Both the position numbers and the translations under genes were made by a program. 64,000 bases of DNA from a virus (lineage: Duplodnaviria > Caudoviricetes), in the IMG/VR virus record IMGVR_UViG_3300042363_001420, one strand, 5' to 3'. Below the pieces are notes generated by a model. The model saw nothing but the letters and a program-made list of their open reading frames with translations, made no database searches and was not told the DNA's origin. This document shows, piece by piece, positions 27,813 to 38,070 of the stretch. Position 1 is the first letter of the stretch. The number at the start of each line of letters is the position of its first letter.

Positions 27813-30075
27813 TATTATCCACTGTTGGTAAATTAACAGAAGGAGCTGTAGCAACATCGCTGATCAAGCTCAATTCTCCATCAACTACATCTGCTGAAAT
27901 ACTGCAGTCGTGCAGTTGATTGAACAGAATTTTTTTACTGAGTGGAACTCTAATTAATTGGTCGATTTTACGTCCTAGAGGTCTAGCACCCATCTTGCTG
28001 TCATATCCTTGTTCCGCCAATAGTTCAACGGCTGCTTCTGTAAGATTTAATTTGATATTCTTTGCGTTTAAACTCTGACGCAATTCATCTACAAACTTTA
28101 CAACTACCTTCTTGATACTCAGCATGTCAAGTTTGTTAAACTTACAGACCAAATCAATTCGGTTACGTAATTCTGGTTTAAAGAATTCTTTCATAGCACG
28201 ATCTTCGCTGCCTACACGCTCGAGCTCTTGTCCGAAACCAATGTTGTTGTTTTCGTTGTCTCTGGCACCCAGGTTAGAAGTCATGATCACAATGGTATTT
28301 TTGCAGTCTACAGTTTTGCCGTTACTGCTGGTAATACGTGCTTCGTCTAACAACTGTAATAAAATGTTTGTAACGTCTGGATGAGCCTTTTCGATTTCGT
28401 CAAACAACAAGATGCTGAAAGGATTTTTGCTGATATCGCTGATAAGTTTGCCGCCGCCGAGATTACCGTCTTCGAATCCAACATAACCCGGGGGAGCCCC
28501 AATAAGACTGGAAACTGTGTGACGTTCTTGATATTCGCTCATGTCGTACTTTAACAAAGTCATGTCTAGATTCTGACTCAGTAATTTGGCCATCTCGGTT
28601 TTACCTGTACCAGTAGGGCCAAGAAACAAGAAACTGGCCATGGGACGTTTTTCATTACCGATACCAGCAAAACTGATGTAAACACGTTCTAGAACCTGGT
28701 CGACTACGGCATCTTGTCCGTAAAGTTTTTGTTTGATATTGGTTTCTAGGTCAGCAATTCTATGACTATCATTGCTGTTGCTGGTATTGTTTAAACGATC
28801 CATAGGAACACCAGTGACTCTACTGACTTGCTGCATAATAAGATCTGCTGTGACAGTAATAGTACCAGCATCTTTCACACGTTCTCTAGCACAAGCAGCG
28901 TCAATCAAGTCAATTGACTTGTCGGGATTCTTTTTGTCAGTTAAAAATCTTGTACCAAGTGATACAGCAGTTTCGATTGCATCAGTATCGATCATAACGT
29001 TATGGAACTTCTCTAGCCGCGGACTTAGACCGATTAAGATTTTTTCTGTGGTTTCTGCATCCGGTTCATCTACTGCCAAACGATAAAATCTGCGCATCAG
29101 CGCACGATCCTTTTCAAAACTTTCGTAGTATTCTTCCCAGGTAGTGCTGGCAATGACCTTGAGATAGCCTTTGGTAATAGCCGGCTTCAACATGTTAGCA
29201 AAGTCTAGGGTAGATGATCCAGAAGCTCCGGCACCGCGCATGGTATGTGCTTCGTCAATGAACAACACACAATTTTTCTTAGCTTCTAATGCAGCTAGTA
29301 CTTGTTTAATTTTTTCTTCGAATTCGCCGCGATATTTTGAACCAGCCAACAAACTGCCAATTTCTAAACTCCAAACTTCATTGCCTTTAAGGAATTCTGG
29401 AATTTGGCCAGTGCTAATGCGTTGTGCTAGTCCGTCAATGATGGCAGTTTTACCAACACCGGGTTCACCTACCATCAGCACATTGGCCTTGAATCTACGA
29501 GCCAAAACTGTAACCATTTCTTCAATTTCTGTTTCTCTGCCAATCACTGGTTCTAATCGATCTTCGGCTGCTAAACGGGTAATGTTGGTGCAGTATTCCT
29601 CCAATACTTCATTGGCTTGCTGCGTGTCAAGAGTGTAGCTGTTGGCGCTGTAATTTTTCTCCCAGAAATGTACAAATTCTGCTTTGGTCACTCCATATTT
29701 TAACAAAAAGTATTGAGCATGGCTGTTGCTTTCACCCATAATAGCCAGGTATAGATCAGCAGTAGTTACAATTCTGCGGCCAGTAAACAAGACCTGTGTT
29801 AGAGCACGATTAAACACCCGTTCCAAGGCATTGGTTTTTCTAGGTGTTATATCTTTGTTGGTTTTAGTGAGATGGTCCAAAGAATCTAAATACCTCGAAA
29901 CATCTACTTGCATGTGGGTTATATCAGTACCAAACTTTTCCAGCACAGCTCGAAATGGTGCATGAGTGATCATGGCCATTAACAGATGTTCAGTTAACAC
30001 ATATTCATGCCGACGTTCTTTGGCAATCCTAACTGCGTCTTCGATAATTTTTTCAATCTCAGGGTTGTTCTGCAT
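27772..30075 (-). CDS. clpA: ATP-dependent Clp ATPase, ClpA-like
   Basis: Clp N domain (EHLL), two AAA modules GEPGVGKT/FIDEAH and GPTGTGKT/LFDEIEKAH, IGF ClpP-docking loop. Confidence 0.95.
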   Translation of the reverse strand: MQNNPEIEKIIEDAVRIAKERRHEYVLTEHLLMAMITHAPFRAVLEKFGTDITHMQVDVSRYLDSLDHLTKTNKDITPRKTNALERVFNRALTQVLFTGRRIVTTADLYLAIMGESNSHAQYFLLKYGVTKAEFVHFWEKNYSANSYTLDTQQANEVLEEYCTNITRLAAEDRLEPVIGRETEIEEMVTVLARRFKANVLMVGEPGVGKTAIIDGLAQRISTGQIPEFLKGNEVWSLEIGSLLAGSKYRGEFEEKIKQVLAALEAKKNCVLFIDEAHTMRGAGASGSSTLDFANMLKPAITKGYLKVIASTTWEEYYESFEKDRALMRRFYRLAVDEPDAETTEKILIGLSPRLEKFHNVMIDTDAIETAVSLGTRFLTDKKNPDKSIDLIDAACARERVKDAGTITVTADLIMQQVSRVTGVPMDRLNNTSNSNDSHRIADLETNIKQKLYGQDAVVDQVLERVYISFAGIGNEKRPMASFLFLGPTGTGKTEMAKLLSQNLDMTLLKYDMSEYQERHTVSSLIGAPPGYVGFEDGNLGGGKLISDISKNPFSILLFDEIEKAHPDVTNILLQLLDEARITSSNGKTVDCKNTIVIMTSNLGARDNENNNIGFGQELERVGSEDRAMKEFFKPELRNRIDLVCKFNKLDMLSIKKVVVKFVDELRQSLNAKNIKLNLTEAAVELLAEQGYDSKMGARPLGRKIDQLIRVPLSKKILFNQLHDCSISADVVDGELSLISDVATAPSVNLPTVDNNGFIVIDRFKPRS

Positions 30076-30505
30076 TTTGTTCCTTGTATCGGTCCCACAT
30101 TGTAATACCGTTTAAATGATCTAATTCATGTTGAAAACAACGACTAGCTAATCCTGTTAACTGTTCGACATGCTCACAGTTAACAGCATCCCTGTAACGT
30201 ACTGTTATCAAATCAGGTCGTTTTATTATACACGATTCTCCTTTAAAACTCAAGCAACCTTCTTCGAAATCCACTAGGTCTTGACTCGATTCGATAATTT
30301 CGGGATTGAAACACGACCATTTGCTTTGATCAATTTTCATGACAAAACAACGGTCTCTGAGGCCTACCTGATTCGCAGCCAAACCAATGGCATTTTCGGT
30401 CTGCATCAATCGATGCAGTCTTTCTGCCAAATCTTCATTGTACCAGCAATTGCTGAGATTCATGAGCTTGAGCTTGAGCATGAGTGTTCTGCGAGTTAAA
30501 TGCAT
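30059..30505 (-). CDS. def: Peptide deformylase
   Basis: GLAANQVG, EGCLS, QHELDHLNG. Confidence 0.95.
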   Translation of the reverse strand: MHLTRRTLMLKLKLMNLSNCWYNEDLAERLHRLMQTENAIGLAANQVGLRDRCFVMKIDQSKWSCFNPEIIESSQDLVDFEEGCLSFKGESCIIKRPDLITVRYRDAVNCEHVEQLTGLASRCFQHELDHLNGITMWDRYKEQNAEQP

Positions 30506-30516
30506 ATACTGCCTAT

Positions 30517-31299
30517 TTATTTTGATTTAAATTTGCGTATGGCTTCTATAAGTTCTGCATCAACAGGACGTTGTATTCTTGCGTGTAATCTTACCAAGAG
30601 ATCTCCTGGAGGACGATTTATACGATTTCCGGGTAATGCTCGTTCAGGAAATCCTCGACCTTTGGCTCGCAGTATAGCATTAGGTTGAGTCTGCGGAGGA
30701 ACTGTCAGTATCAACTCATTGCCCTGCAAGTCGCGAACAGTCAACTCTGTACCAAGTACCAGGTCCCAAATATCAATCGTTCGTTCAGTAACAAGATTTA
30801 GTCCATCTCTATACCATCCAGATTCTGGTCTGATTCGAAAGTTAATTATGAGATCTTGGCCGTCGGGCGCAAGTTTATTATAGCGCAGAGTATCGTTGTC
30901 TTGTATGCCAGCCGGAATAGAAATTTCTATATTAGAAACGCTGGGCCCAACTTGTATAGCTACTGTTCTATTGCCGCCAGTTAGGGCATCGTTTAAAGAA
31001 ATCCACAAAGAAATGCGTGGTGTTGACCGTCTTGCGCCTCGGAGATCGGCACCAAACATGTCAAATATAGCATCGAAGTCAAATCCACCACTGCTCGAAA
31101 ATTGCGATCTAGGATTATCGTACTGTTGACGTTTGGCTTCGTCTGATAAAACAGCATAAGCTTCTTGTATCTCTTGAAACTTACCAACATCTCCGCCGCG
31201 ATCAGGATGATGTTTCATGGCCAAAGATCTATATGCCTGCTTGATGTCGGCGGCAGTAGATGTTTTAGGTACTCCAAGTGTTTGATAGTAATCTTTCAC
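30517..31299 (-). CDS. DnaJ/CbpA-type co-chaperone without zinc finger, GTG start
   Basis: DYYQTLGV...HHPDRGG J domain plus C-terminal DnaJ domain. Confidence 0.92.
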   Translation of the reverse strand: MKDYYQTLGVPKTSTAADIKQAYRSLAMKHHPDRGGDVGKFQEIQEAYAVLSDEAKRQQYDNPRSQFSSSGGFDFDAIFDMFGADLRGARRSTPRISLWISLNDALTGGNRTVAIQVGPSVSNIEISIPAGIQDNDTLRYNKLAPDGQDLIINFRIRPESGWYRDGLNLVTERTIDIWDLVLGTELTVRDLQGNELILTVPPQTQPNAILRAKGRGFPERALPGNRINRPPGDLLVRLHARIQRPVDAELIEAIRKFKSK

Positions 31300-31305
31300 A
31301 CGTTA

Positions 31306-31334
31306 ATTATAACACAGAATTGTTAATAGTACAA
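31306..31334 (-). promoter_or_regulatory. Sigma70-type promoter, probably giving a leaderless dnaJ mRNA
   Basis: TTGTAC-17-TATAAT, with GTG 6 nt downstream. Confidence 0.6.
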
Positions 31335-31358
31335 CTGTTGCACTTATCCGTATAATTA

Positions 31359-32015
31359 TTAATCTTTTAATTTTTCACGAACCATTGGCAATAATAAATC
31401 AGCTGCTGCTCGATGTGCAGGCTCCAATGGATGCTTATTGGAACTGATTTCAAAATCATTGTCATAACTCCATTCTAAGAATGTTTGTCCATTGAATGTA
31501 TTCATATAAGGCAGTATTTGATCTTGTAAATCCGTTACTGCAGGAGTAGTATGCCATTCTTTTTCAAACAGCAAAGGGTCCATGTAAGTCATTACAAACG
31601 GTATTTGCTTATCAGACAAAACGTCAATGGCTGTTTTTATATAAACAAGCGAAGTTAGTTTGTCTTTGAATTGAGAATGAAAATCTCGATAATAACTACG
31701 AGACTGATCTGTATTATTTCCCGGCAACACAGTTTCCCATGTGTCTGAATGGTCAGTATAATCAAATCGATCTATGTAGGACCATCCGATTATAAAAAGA
31801 TCTTTTTCATTGCAAGCAGCTTGAGTTAGTACTCGTTCCAGTATTCTTAAATTACCAGATCCAGGACGAGCATAACACGAATACTTTAATTCTAATTTGC
31901 GAGACAGCACAGCCGGCCAGGAATACAGACTATAAGTAGCATGTCCTCCGTATCTTCCGTCGTCAGATAAATCGCTTCCAAAAATAAAACTGCACCCAAA
32001 GCTTTTGAGAATCAT
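31359..32015 (-). CDS. SGNH-hydrolase-like hypothetical protein
   Basis: FGCSFIFG, ARPGSGN, IIGWS, HPLEPAH. Confidence 0.55.
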   Translation of the reverse strand: MILKSFGCSFIFGSDLSDDGRYGGHATYSLYSWPAVLSRKLELKYSCYARPGSGNLRILERVLTQAACNEKDLFIIGWSYIDRFDYTDHSDTWETVLPGNNTDQSRSYYRDFHSQFKDKLTSLVYIKTAIDVLSDKQIPFVMTYMDPLLFEKEWHTTPAVTDLQDQILPYMNTFNGQTFLEWSYDNDFEISSNKHPLEPAHRAAADLLLPMVREKLKD

Positions 32016-32043
32016 TGAATTTTAAAATAAAAGTTAGTTGTGT

Positions 32044-32586
32044 TTATATACCGGCTGCAGCCTGAAGTTGTAAAATATCTTTTTCTCGATCGTGAATTTG
32101 AACTGTATCAAGTCCTGCAGCAGCACGCATTTCGTTGAGACCTTTTTCGGTCAGCTGTCGGTAATCTGCTGGGCTTAAAGGTACTGTTTTTTCAAACTCT
32201 TCAACTGAAAAAGGATGTTGTTTTTTGCGGTGTACTAAGGTCCAGTCCTTGGGCGAGTATTCAGTTAATGTTGATAAATCGTCGATTGCTTCTGATAATT
32301 TCCGACCTGCACTGCTACGTCTACGTAATTCGATATACACAAGATATCTTCCAGGTTTGATTTCTCCGGGACTTGTAGCAGCATCCAGCACCCAATCGTA
32401 ACCTTTCTCAAACCAATTTTCAAGATCTCGAGCTGCTTGCAGGCTACGAACATAAAAACTGGCCACAATAATATCGTCATCTTCACCCATCTTGCTGGCA
32501 AATTCATCGATGTGAATAGTTGGCTTCATCATACCAACCAGATCTTTATAATCAAGACCTTCACTGAGCTGTTGTTTCTGTGTCAT
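32044..32586 (-). CDS. Hypothetical phage protein
   Basis: 180-aa ORF coupled to the upstream gene. Confidence 0.75.
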   Translation of the reverse strand: MTQKQQLSEGLDYKDLVGMMKPTIHIDEFASKMGEDDDIIVASFYVRSLQAARDLENWFEKGYDWVLDAATSPGEIKPGRYLVYIELRRRSSAGRKLSEAIDDLSTLTEYSPKDWTLVHRKKQHPFSVEEFEKTVPLSPADYRQLTEKGLNEMRAAAGLDTVQIHDREKDILQLQAAAGI

Positions 32587-33118
32587 CTTGTTTGAATTCC
32601 TGTTGATCTAAATCTTCTTCGTAAGCTGCATCTAAGTCTTCTAGATCAATTGTTTGATCTTCTAGTTCGATACTGCCTGTGCGTATGTCAGCCATTAGAG
32701 ATTTAGGAATAGTAATTTCCACTAACCACACTATTTTATCAACTAGTCGTGCTTTGTGTGTTCCCGGACGAAAGTCATCGGGTTCAGTAATTTTGATAGG
32801 TATTTTGATTGTGGTTTTTTTGTATTTTACTTTACAATCAAACGGCAGCAATCTACGTGCACCACGCGGATCCGGCATTAGCTTTTCGGGCCACATGAAT
32901 ATGCAACTGACTAGATACTTGCCAATTTCGGGGCCAGCAACTAGTTCTCCCAGTTGCCAGTTTTTAAATGCATATAAATCCAATTCATCTAGTACTCGTT
33001 CAAAGTCTAGCAAGGTCAGGAGGCTGCCTTCGGACAGATAGAGTTTTTTGATGTTGTCGGCCACCATCCAGTAATCTTCGTGGTTTTTAAAAATATCAGA
33101 ATCGAGTTTGGAATCCAT
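32561..33118 (-). CDS. Hypothetical phage protein
   Basis: 185-aa ORF preceded by TATAAATA. Confidence 0.75.
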   Translation of the reverse strand: MDSKLDSDIFKNHEDYWMVADNIKKLYLSEGSLLTLLDFERVLDELDLYAFKNWQLGELVAGPEIGKYLVSCIFMWPEKLMPDPRGARRLLPFDCKVKYKKTTIKIPIKITEPDDFRPGTHKARLVDKIVWLVEITIPKSLMADIRTGSIELEDQTIDLEDLDAAYEEDLDQQEFKQDDTETTAQ

Positions 33119-33126
33119 AGTAATGT

Positions 33127-33134
33127 TATTTATA
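33127..33134 (-). promoter_or_regulatory. T4-type late promoter TATAAATA; related TAAATA boxes at 19074, 19490, 19745, 24653, 25580, 26458, 27074, 30514, 39288, 44352, 49448, 49833, 51689 (-) and 33242, 44426, 49872 (+)
   Basis: Exact T4 gp55 consensus here; the hexamer recurs just upstream of gene starts in the correct orientation. Confidence 0.75.
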
Positions 33135-33252
33135 ACAAACTAACGGCTTAGGAGGTTTTGATTTTTGATGAAGAATAGCCTAATACTTATGACTGTCTGC
33201 TAGCAATAACACAGCACATTAAACTGATCGAATACTATGGTTAAATATTTTT

Positions 33253-34014
33253 ATGTTCAGAGGAGAAACTGATTTGAGCAGAGCACGAGGAGCTAAGGCG
33301 CAACGCCGGCAGCAGGATATTGCAGTAGAAAACACCATCAATTTTGATCGAGCAGCAAAACACCGACCCCGAAGCATTGAAGTTGTCCCCAAAAGTCGCG
33401 GACAAGAAACACTTGTTTTGGCATTAAATGACGAAAGTCTGTGTATAACCATAGCAGTGGGGCCAGCAGGTACTGGCAAAACTTATCTGGCTATGCAAGC
33501 AGCAATCAAGGCTTTAAAAACAGGAAAAATTGAAAAAATTGTTCTCACAAGACCAGCAGTTGGTGTTGATGACGAAAAGCATGGTTTTCTTCCGGGTGAC
33601 CTGAATCAGAAAATGGAACCATGGACCCGCCCTTTATTGGATGTCTTACATGAATACTATTCGCCTAAAGATGTTGCCAAAATGCTGGAGGATCAAATTA
33701 TTGAAATATCGCCCTTGGCATTCATGCGGGGTCGTACTTTTAAACACGCCTGGATCGTGGCCGACGAAATGCAAAACGCCACTCCGAACCAAATGAAAAT
33801 GTTGCTGACCAGGATTGGCGAAGGCAGTAGAATTGTAGTAACTGGTGACGTGGAACAGGCTGATCGCAAAAATCCCGACAATGGGTTACTAGATATTGCT
33901 ACACGATTGGAACAGTCACCCACCGACGGACTCAGGGTTTGTCGATTGGGTGCCAAAGATGTTCAAAGACATCCAATCATTACCAGTGTGCTAAAGATCT
34001 ACGGCAGCGATTAG
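33253..34014 (+). CDS. phoH: PhoH-family ATPase
   Basis: GPAGTGKT, LTRPAV, GFLPG, FMRGRTF, DEMQN, VTGD. Confidence 0.96.
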   Translation: MFRGETDLSRARGAKAQRRQQDIAVENTINFDRAAKHRPRSIEVVPKSRGQETLVLALNDESLCITIAVGPAGTGKTYLAMQAAIKALKTGKIEKIVLTRPAVGVDDEKHGFLPGDLNQKMEPWTRPLLDVLHEYYSPKDVAKMLEDQIIEISPLAFMRGRTFKHAWIVADEMQNATPNQMKMLLTRIGEGSRIVVTGDVEQADRKNPDNGLLDIATRLEQSPTDGLRVCRLGAKDVQRHPIITSVLKIYGSD

Positions 34015-34598
34015 GCAGCAGTAATGATCTCGTAAATTTCCCGCCAGTTTCGAACTCGGGGAATTTCGGGATCTGTGTAATCCATGTTGTGACCGTGTTC
34101 CATTAGTAAGGACTTGAGTCCTAGATCACGTCCGACTTGAGCATTAACTATCTTGTCTTCAATCCAGTAGTATCCGCTATCACGATAAGGTTCCAGTGCT
34201 TCGTCTTTGTCAGCACCGGTGTCCAAGAATACAAATCGTTCAAATGCTGTTTTTCCAAACAGCTTTTGCAGATTCATTTTACGTAGTTCGCAGGCGTTGA
34301 TATCTTGGCTCAAGCTGGTGATAGCATGGAACACATATCCGTGTTCTTCGTGCAAGCGTTTGACATAATACATGGCATCACGCAAGGGCGGTAAGAAACC
34401 GATGTGTGCAGATTCGTTAAAAATCTTAATTAATTTACGACCTTGATCGTACTCGATGCCATATCTTTTGCCGATATCGTATTTGAGATTACCTCCTGGC
34501 ACCTTGTTGAATCCGTGTTGCTGTAAGTAAACATCAAAGGCATACTCCCAATCAAGAAGCACACCATCGGCGTCAACTAGAATTATTTTGTTTCTCAT
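34011..34598 (-). CDS. HAD-family phosphatase (5'-nucleotidase-like)
   Basis: DADGVLLD and WIEDK motifs. Confidence 0.85.
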   Translation of the reverse strand: MRNKIILVDADGVLLDWEYAFDVYLQQHGFNKVPGGNLKYDIGKRYGIEYDQGRKLIKIFNESAHIGFLPPLRDAMYYVKRLHEEHGYVFHAITSLSQDINACELRKMNLQKLFGKTAFERFVFLDTGADKDEALEPYRDSGYYWIEDKIVNAQVGRDLGLKSLLMEHGHNMDYTDPEIPRVRNWREIYEIITAA

Positions 34599-34839
34599 AA
34601 GCTTGCTCCAAAATGTCTATGTATTTGTTGTAGTGTTGGTAATAAAAATCTCTAATCTTCTGCCAATCTTTAGGAACATTAGTACCATTCATGCTACATT
34701 TTAACACACTTTGTGTTTTGAAGTCAAGTATAACACTAGCTGTAGCCAATACTGTGGGTTTTATGCTACGTTCCACAGACACCACTTCGTCCATTTGTCC
34801 GTTGTTTTTTTGGTAGTAACTAATTACAAAATATCTCAT
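34573..34839 (-). CDS. Hypothetical protein
   Basis: Tightly packed ORF. Confidence 0.7.
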   Translation of the reverse strand: MRYFVISYYQKNNGQMDEVVSVERSIKPTVLATASVILDFKTQSVLKCSMNGTNVPKDWQKIRDFYYQHYNKYIDILEQAYEKQNNSS

Positions 34840-34841
34840 TT

Positions 34842-35765
34842 CTATCCCAAGTTAGCTAATTCGATTAAACATGCTGATAAATTAATTTCTTGATCGGTTA
34901 CCAAAGGAACATTAGCTAACGCATTTCTTATGACTACAATAGCTCGATCTTGTATTTCGGGATCGGCACTCCAGAGTTCAAGATTGTCGTACATCCATCT
35001 GTACATAGAATCCATATCCTCAACAGACGCTTGACTACAGATAACAGTACGTGCTTCTCGAATTCGTTTTTGTTTAAACAATTCAACTGCTTCCAAACGC
35101 CATTCTCTTGTGCTGGAAGAATTGGCACCTGGTTTAACTAATGTAGCAGTAACACTGTTACTTTGTAGAAGATTAAGGCACTTACGAAGATCTGGGTAGG
35201 TAGCCTTAACAAACGAATCTAGTGTGTCTAAATCAAATTCTACACCCTCGGTTATCAGCACATTGGCTGCACGAGCTGTAAATTCTGTTGCATCAGTTTT
35301 TTCAATGTGAAACCCTTGACAGCGACTATGAATTGCCGGCATGATCTTGTTGGGCATGTTACAGGTCAAGATAAATCTTACGCTTTGACTGTAATCTTCC
35401 ATCAAGTTACGCAAGGCCGGCTGAACGCTGTTGATGTTCATGTAATCAGCTTCGTCGATTAGAACTATTTTGAAACTTCCAAAAGGCATGGTCTGACAGA
35501 AACTGATCAGTTTGTCTACCCACTCAACCTTTCTAGCTTCTTTTGATCCGTTAGCATACATGACATCGTATTCGTCTACACCTAGTGCATTGATTAGTAA
35601 TTTAGCCAAGGTGGTTTTACCTGTGCCGGGGCTACCACTCAACATGAGATGTGGAATACTGCCAGATTTAATCCAAGATTCTACTTCGGTGCGTTGTTGG
35701 GAGTCAGTGAAGACATACCCATCGACTGTGGTGGGTCGATATTTCTCAGTCCAGAGTTCTTTCAT
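34842..35765 (-). CDS. Clamp loader subunit (gp44 / RFC small subunit)
   Basis: WTEKYRP, GSPGTGKT, IDEAD, SRC motifs. Confidence 0.95.
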   Translation of the reverse strand: MKELWTEKYRPTTVDGYVFTDSQQRTEVESWIKSGSIPHLMLSGSPGTGKTTLAKLLINALGVDEYDVMYANGSKEARKVEWVDKLISFCQTMPFGSFKIVLIDEADYMNINSVQPALRNLMEDYSQSVRFILTCNMPNKIMPAIHSRCQGFHIEKTDATEFTARAANVLITEGVEFDLDTLDSFVKATYPDLRKCLNLLQSNSVTATLVKPGANSSSTREWRLEAVELFKQKRIREARTVICSQASVEDMDSMYRWMYDNLELWSADPEIQDRAIVVIRNALANVPLVTDQEINLSACLIELANLG

Positions 35766-35932
35766 TTTTTAGATTTAAAAAGTTGTTTGAAAAAGATTAT
35801 AATATCAGACAGCAAATCTGGGTGCAGAGGACAACGTCCTTGCCGCCAATCACAGGAAGGATTATATGTTTTTCCGCAGCCATGACATTTTACTTGCGTT
35901 TCATTATTTGAACCAGGCGTTGTTGTTCCCAT
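35762..35932 (-). CDS. Possible 56-aa Cys-rich protein (not in ORF track)
   Basis: KCHGCGKTYNPSCDWRQGRCP; stop overlaps the clamp loader ATG. Confidence 0.45.
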   Translation of the reverse strand: MGTTTPGSNNETQVKCHGCGKTYNPSCDWRQGRCPLHPDLLSDIIIFFKQLFKSKK

Positions 35933-36117
35933 TCTGTCTCGTTGATAAATTTAGGAAGATCGGTATATAAGTCTTCTATAAAACATTTTAATTGATATAA
36001 TTCATGTTTGCAACCAGAGGCTGTCCAACCGTCATTGAGAGGATTAGCTGCTTCACAAGCCAAACGTCGAACTGTGACGTAAGCTTCATCAATATTGCGT
36101 ACCTGACGATAACCCAT
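35890..36117 (-). CDS. Hypothetical protein; start revised to MGYRQ
   Basis: ATG right after the groES-like stop. Confidence 0.6.
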   Translation of the reverse strand: MGYRQVRNIDEAYVTVRRLACEAANPLNDGWTASGCKHELYQLKCFIEDLYTDLPKFINETEWEQQRLVQIMKRK

Positions 36118-36118
36118 A

Positions 36119-36499
36119 CTATCGTGTTTTAGCCTGCACCTGAACAGCATCACTAAGGGTATCGTCGGACGGTTGTTCGTCGCTGGCCAACAATACATCT
36201 TTTGGATCAATTTTACGAATAGTAACAGTATCACCATTGGCATCTTCAATGTCAACACCACGTGTCCAGCGTCCGTGAGCCACACATATCCATTGACCTT
36301 CATGAAATTCTGCTTGCTCTGGACCTACTGCATAAACTCGACACCATCTAGGCCTAATCCCGGCAGTAGTACCATTGTCGTTCAATAGTACAATTCCGCT
36401 ATTTAATTTACGTTCTTTGAATACCATGTCTGTTACCAGCACAGAATTCTTTAGAGCTCTTAACTTTAAAACTTTTGTTGGTGCGTATGCGGGTTTCAT
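36119..36499 (-). CDS. GroES-like co-chaperonin; start revised to MKPAY
   Basis: LRALKNSVLV...ERKLNSGIVLL...VYAVGP; GAGGA SD. Confidence 0.8.
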   Translation of the reverse strand: MKPAYAPTKVLKLRALKNSVLVTDMVFKERKLNSGIVLLNDNGTTAGIRPRWCRVYAVGPEQAEFHEGQWICVAHGRWTRGVDIEDANGDTVTIRKIDPKDVLLASDEQPSDDTLSDAVQVQAKTR

Positions 36500-36506
36500 T
36501 AAATCC

Positions 36507-36932
36507 TCAAATCTTTTTAACGCCGGCTTTGGCTTGTGCAACCTGACGTGGAGTTTTTAGTGGTTCTTGTTTGATCTGACGTGCTCGAGCAATAGCAGCA
36601 GCAAGCCCAGTAACGGGTTCTTCGCCGTTGGATGTTTCTTCTACAACATCGAGCTGTTGTGAAATTATCGGCTCTGGAGTCACTTGCACAGATTCTTCTG
36701 CACGACTTTTTTTACTGCTGATAACTGTATCGTCGTTGACGTTGGTTTGTTTTTTGTATTGACGTCCAACTTGTTCGTTTCGTGATGCGATTGGTTGATT
36801 TGAACCGTCAATAAGTTCGCCTCTGGCATTTACACTCATATTACCAACTGCGCGGACGTTTTCATTTTTAAGTTGTAGTGCACCAAGATCTACCACTTTA
36901 CCTTGTGCAGTACGATAAGTTCTTTGTGTCAT
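36507..36932 (-). CDS. Hypothetical protein
   Basis: YRTAQGKVVDL...AVGNMSVNARG. Confidence 0.75.
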   Translation of the reverse strand: MTQRTYRTAQGKVVDLGALQLKNENVRAVGNMSVNARGELIDGSNQPIASRNEQVGRQYKKQTNVNDDTVISSKKSRAEESVQVTPEPIISQQLDVVEETSNGEEPVTGLAAAIARARQIKQEPLKTPRQVAQAKAGVKKI

Positions 36933-36956
36933 AGTTTTTCCTTGAAATTTATTAAA

Positions 36957-37478
36957 TTAGCGCAAAAATTCACCAGGATCGAGCTCGTAGTACATGCTGT
37001 CGATTCGATGTACACCCATTAGATACAGTACATAGCTAGCCAAACTTGAACCTCGACCTACACCCCAGATAATTTGATTTTTTTTCATAGTATCAATTAG
37101 GTATTTAAGATAGCGTAAGAGATTAAAAAGATTTCTTTCTTGATACATCAATAATTCTTGCGCTACTCGTTGTAATTCTGCGTCAGTTTTACACAATTCT
37201 AAGACATATTTGGCAATGTCTAGATGCTGATAATCCTCGGGCATGAACCAATGCTGTTGTCGATCACGATCAAATTGTTCGATAGTCATTGTTTCAATTG
37301 CTGGATCGTATGTAACAAAATCAGGGACTGTTTCTAAAATTTCATCAACGGATGATAAGTCTATAGTGTCGTCTGCTGTTGTACCTGACAATGACGATAT
37401 ATCTTGACCTCGCATGATCATGTCAAACACATCGGAATCACTTAGAATAATTTCTCCGAATTTATTTGTCTTTGTCAT
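36957..37478 (-). CDS. Stand-alone fragment of DNA polymerase III alpha (DnaE)
   Basis: RVAQEL...WGVGRGSSLASYVLYLMGVHRIDS...GEFLR; ends before the PDIDxD catalytic motif. Confidence 0.8.
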   Translation of the reverse strand: MTKTNKFGEIILSDSDVFDMIMRGQDISSLSGTTADDTIDLSSVDEILETVPDFVTYDPAIETMTIEQFDRDRQQHWFMPEDYQHLDIAKYVLELCKTDAELQRVAQELLMYQERNLFNLLRYLKYLIDTMKKNQIIWGVGRGSSLASYVLYLMGVHRIDSMYYELDPGEFLR

Positions 37479-38070
37479 TTTTAAATTCTGTGAATACTAA
37501 AATATTTCCAACCTCGGATTCAACTAAATCATTATTCCACTCTAGTCCAACATCTCTCCAGACAGTGCTGTCGGGTATAATTAATACAGAATCAGATTCT
37601 GAATCTGTTGTACTAAATTCATGAACTGGATCTGGATCCAACCACCACCCAGAACTATTAAACGGTGTTATTTCTTCTGAGTGATCGTGTTCGTAAATTA
37701 TACTATCACCTGCAGTGCTGGACAACAAAACCGACCTTATGATAATTTGTCCTTCCATAACAGCGTTCATTTTGGCAAACAATACCATACCAATAATTTG
37801 ATCCACTGGCTCTTCTGGTAAAACTGCTGTCTTAATACCGGCAGCCTTTAATTTTTTAATTTGAGCTTGTTCGGTTTCACAGATAAAAACCGTATCAGTA
37901 AAACATTGATCAGCCATATAACGCAATCGATCTAATGCAATGTTTTGATTGACATGATCGCTACTGACAGTTAACATTTTAAATGTAACGTCATAGTTGT
38001 TCATTATCAATCTATTGTCCCACCAAATTCCTGCAGTTAGTCTTAGGGAATATCCAAGTTTAACATTCAT
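37462..38070 (-). CDS. Hypothetical protein
   Basis: 202-aa coupled ORF. Confidence 0.7.
   Translation of the reverse strand: MNVKLGYSLRLTAGIWWDNRLIMNNYDVTFKMLTVSSDHVNQNIALDRLRYMADQCFTDTVFICETEQAQIKKLKAAGIKTAVLPEEPVDQIIGMVLFAKMNAVMEGQIIIRSVLLSSTAGDSIIYEHDHSEEITPFNSSGWWLDPDPVHEFSTTDSESDSVLIIPDSTVWRDVGLEWNNDLVESEVGNILVFTEFKNDKDK

Noticed and set aside
26485-31355. 11-mer TATCCGTATAA in two intergenic regions (26485 and 31345)
   Set aside because: Only two copies were seen, about what chance would give; it is worth revisiting only if enriched genome-wide.
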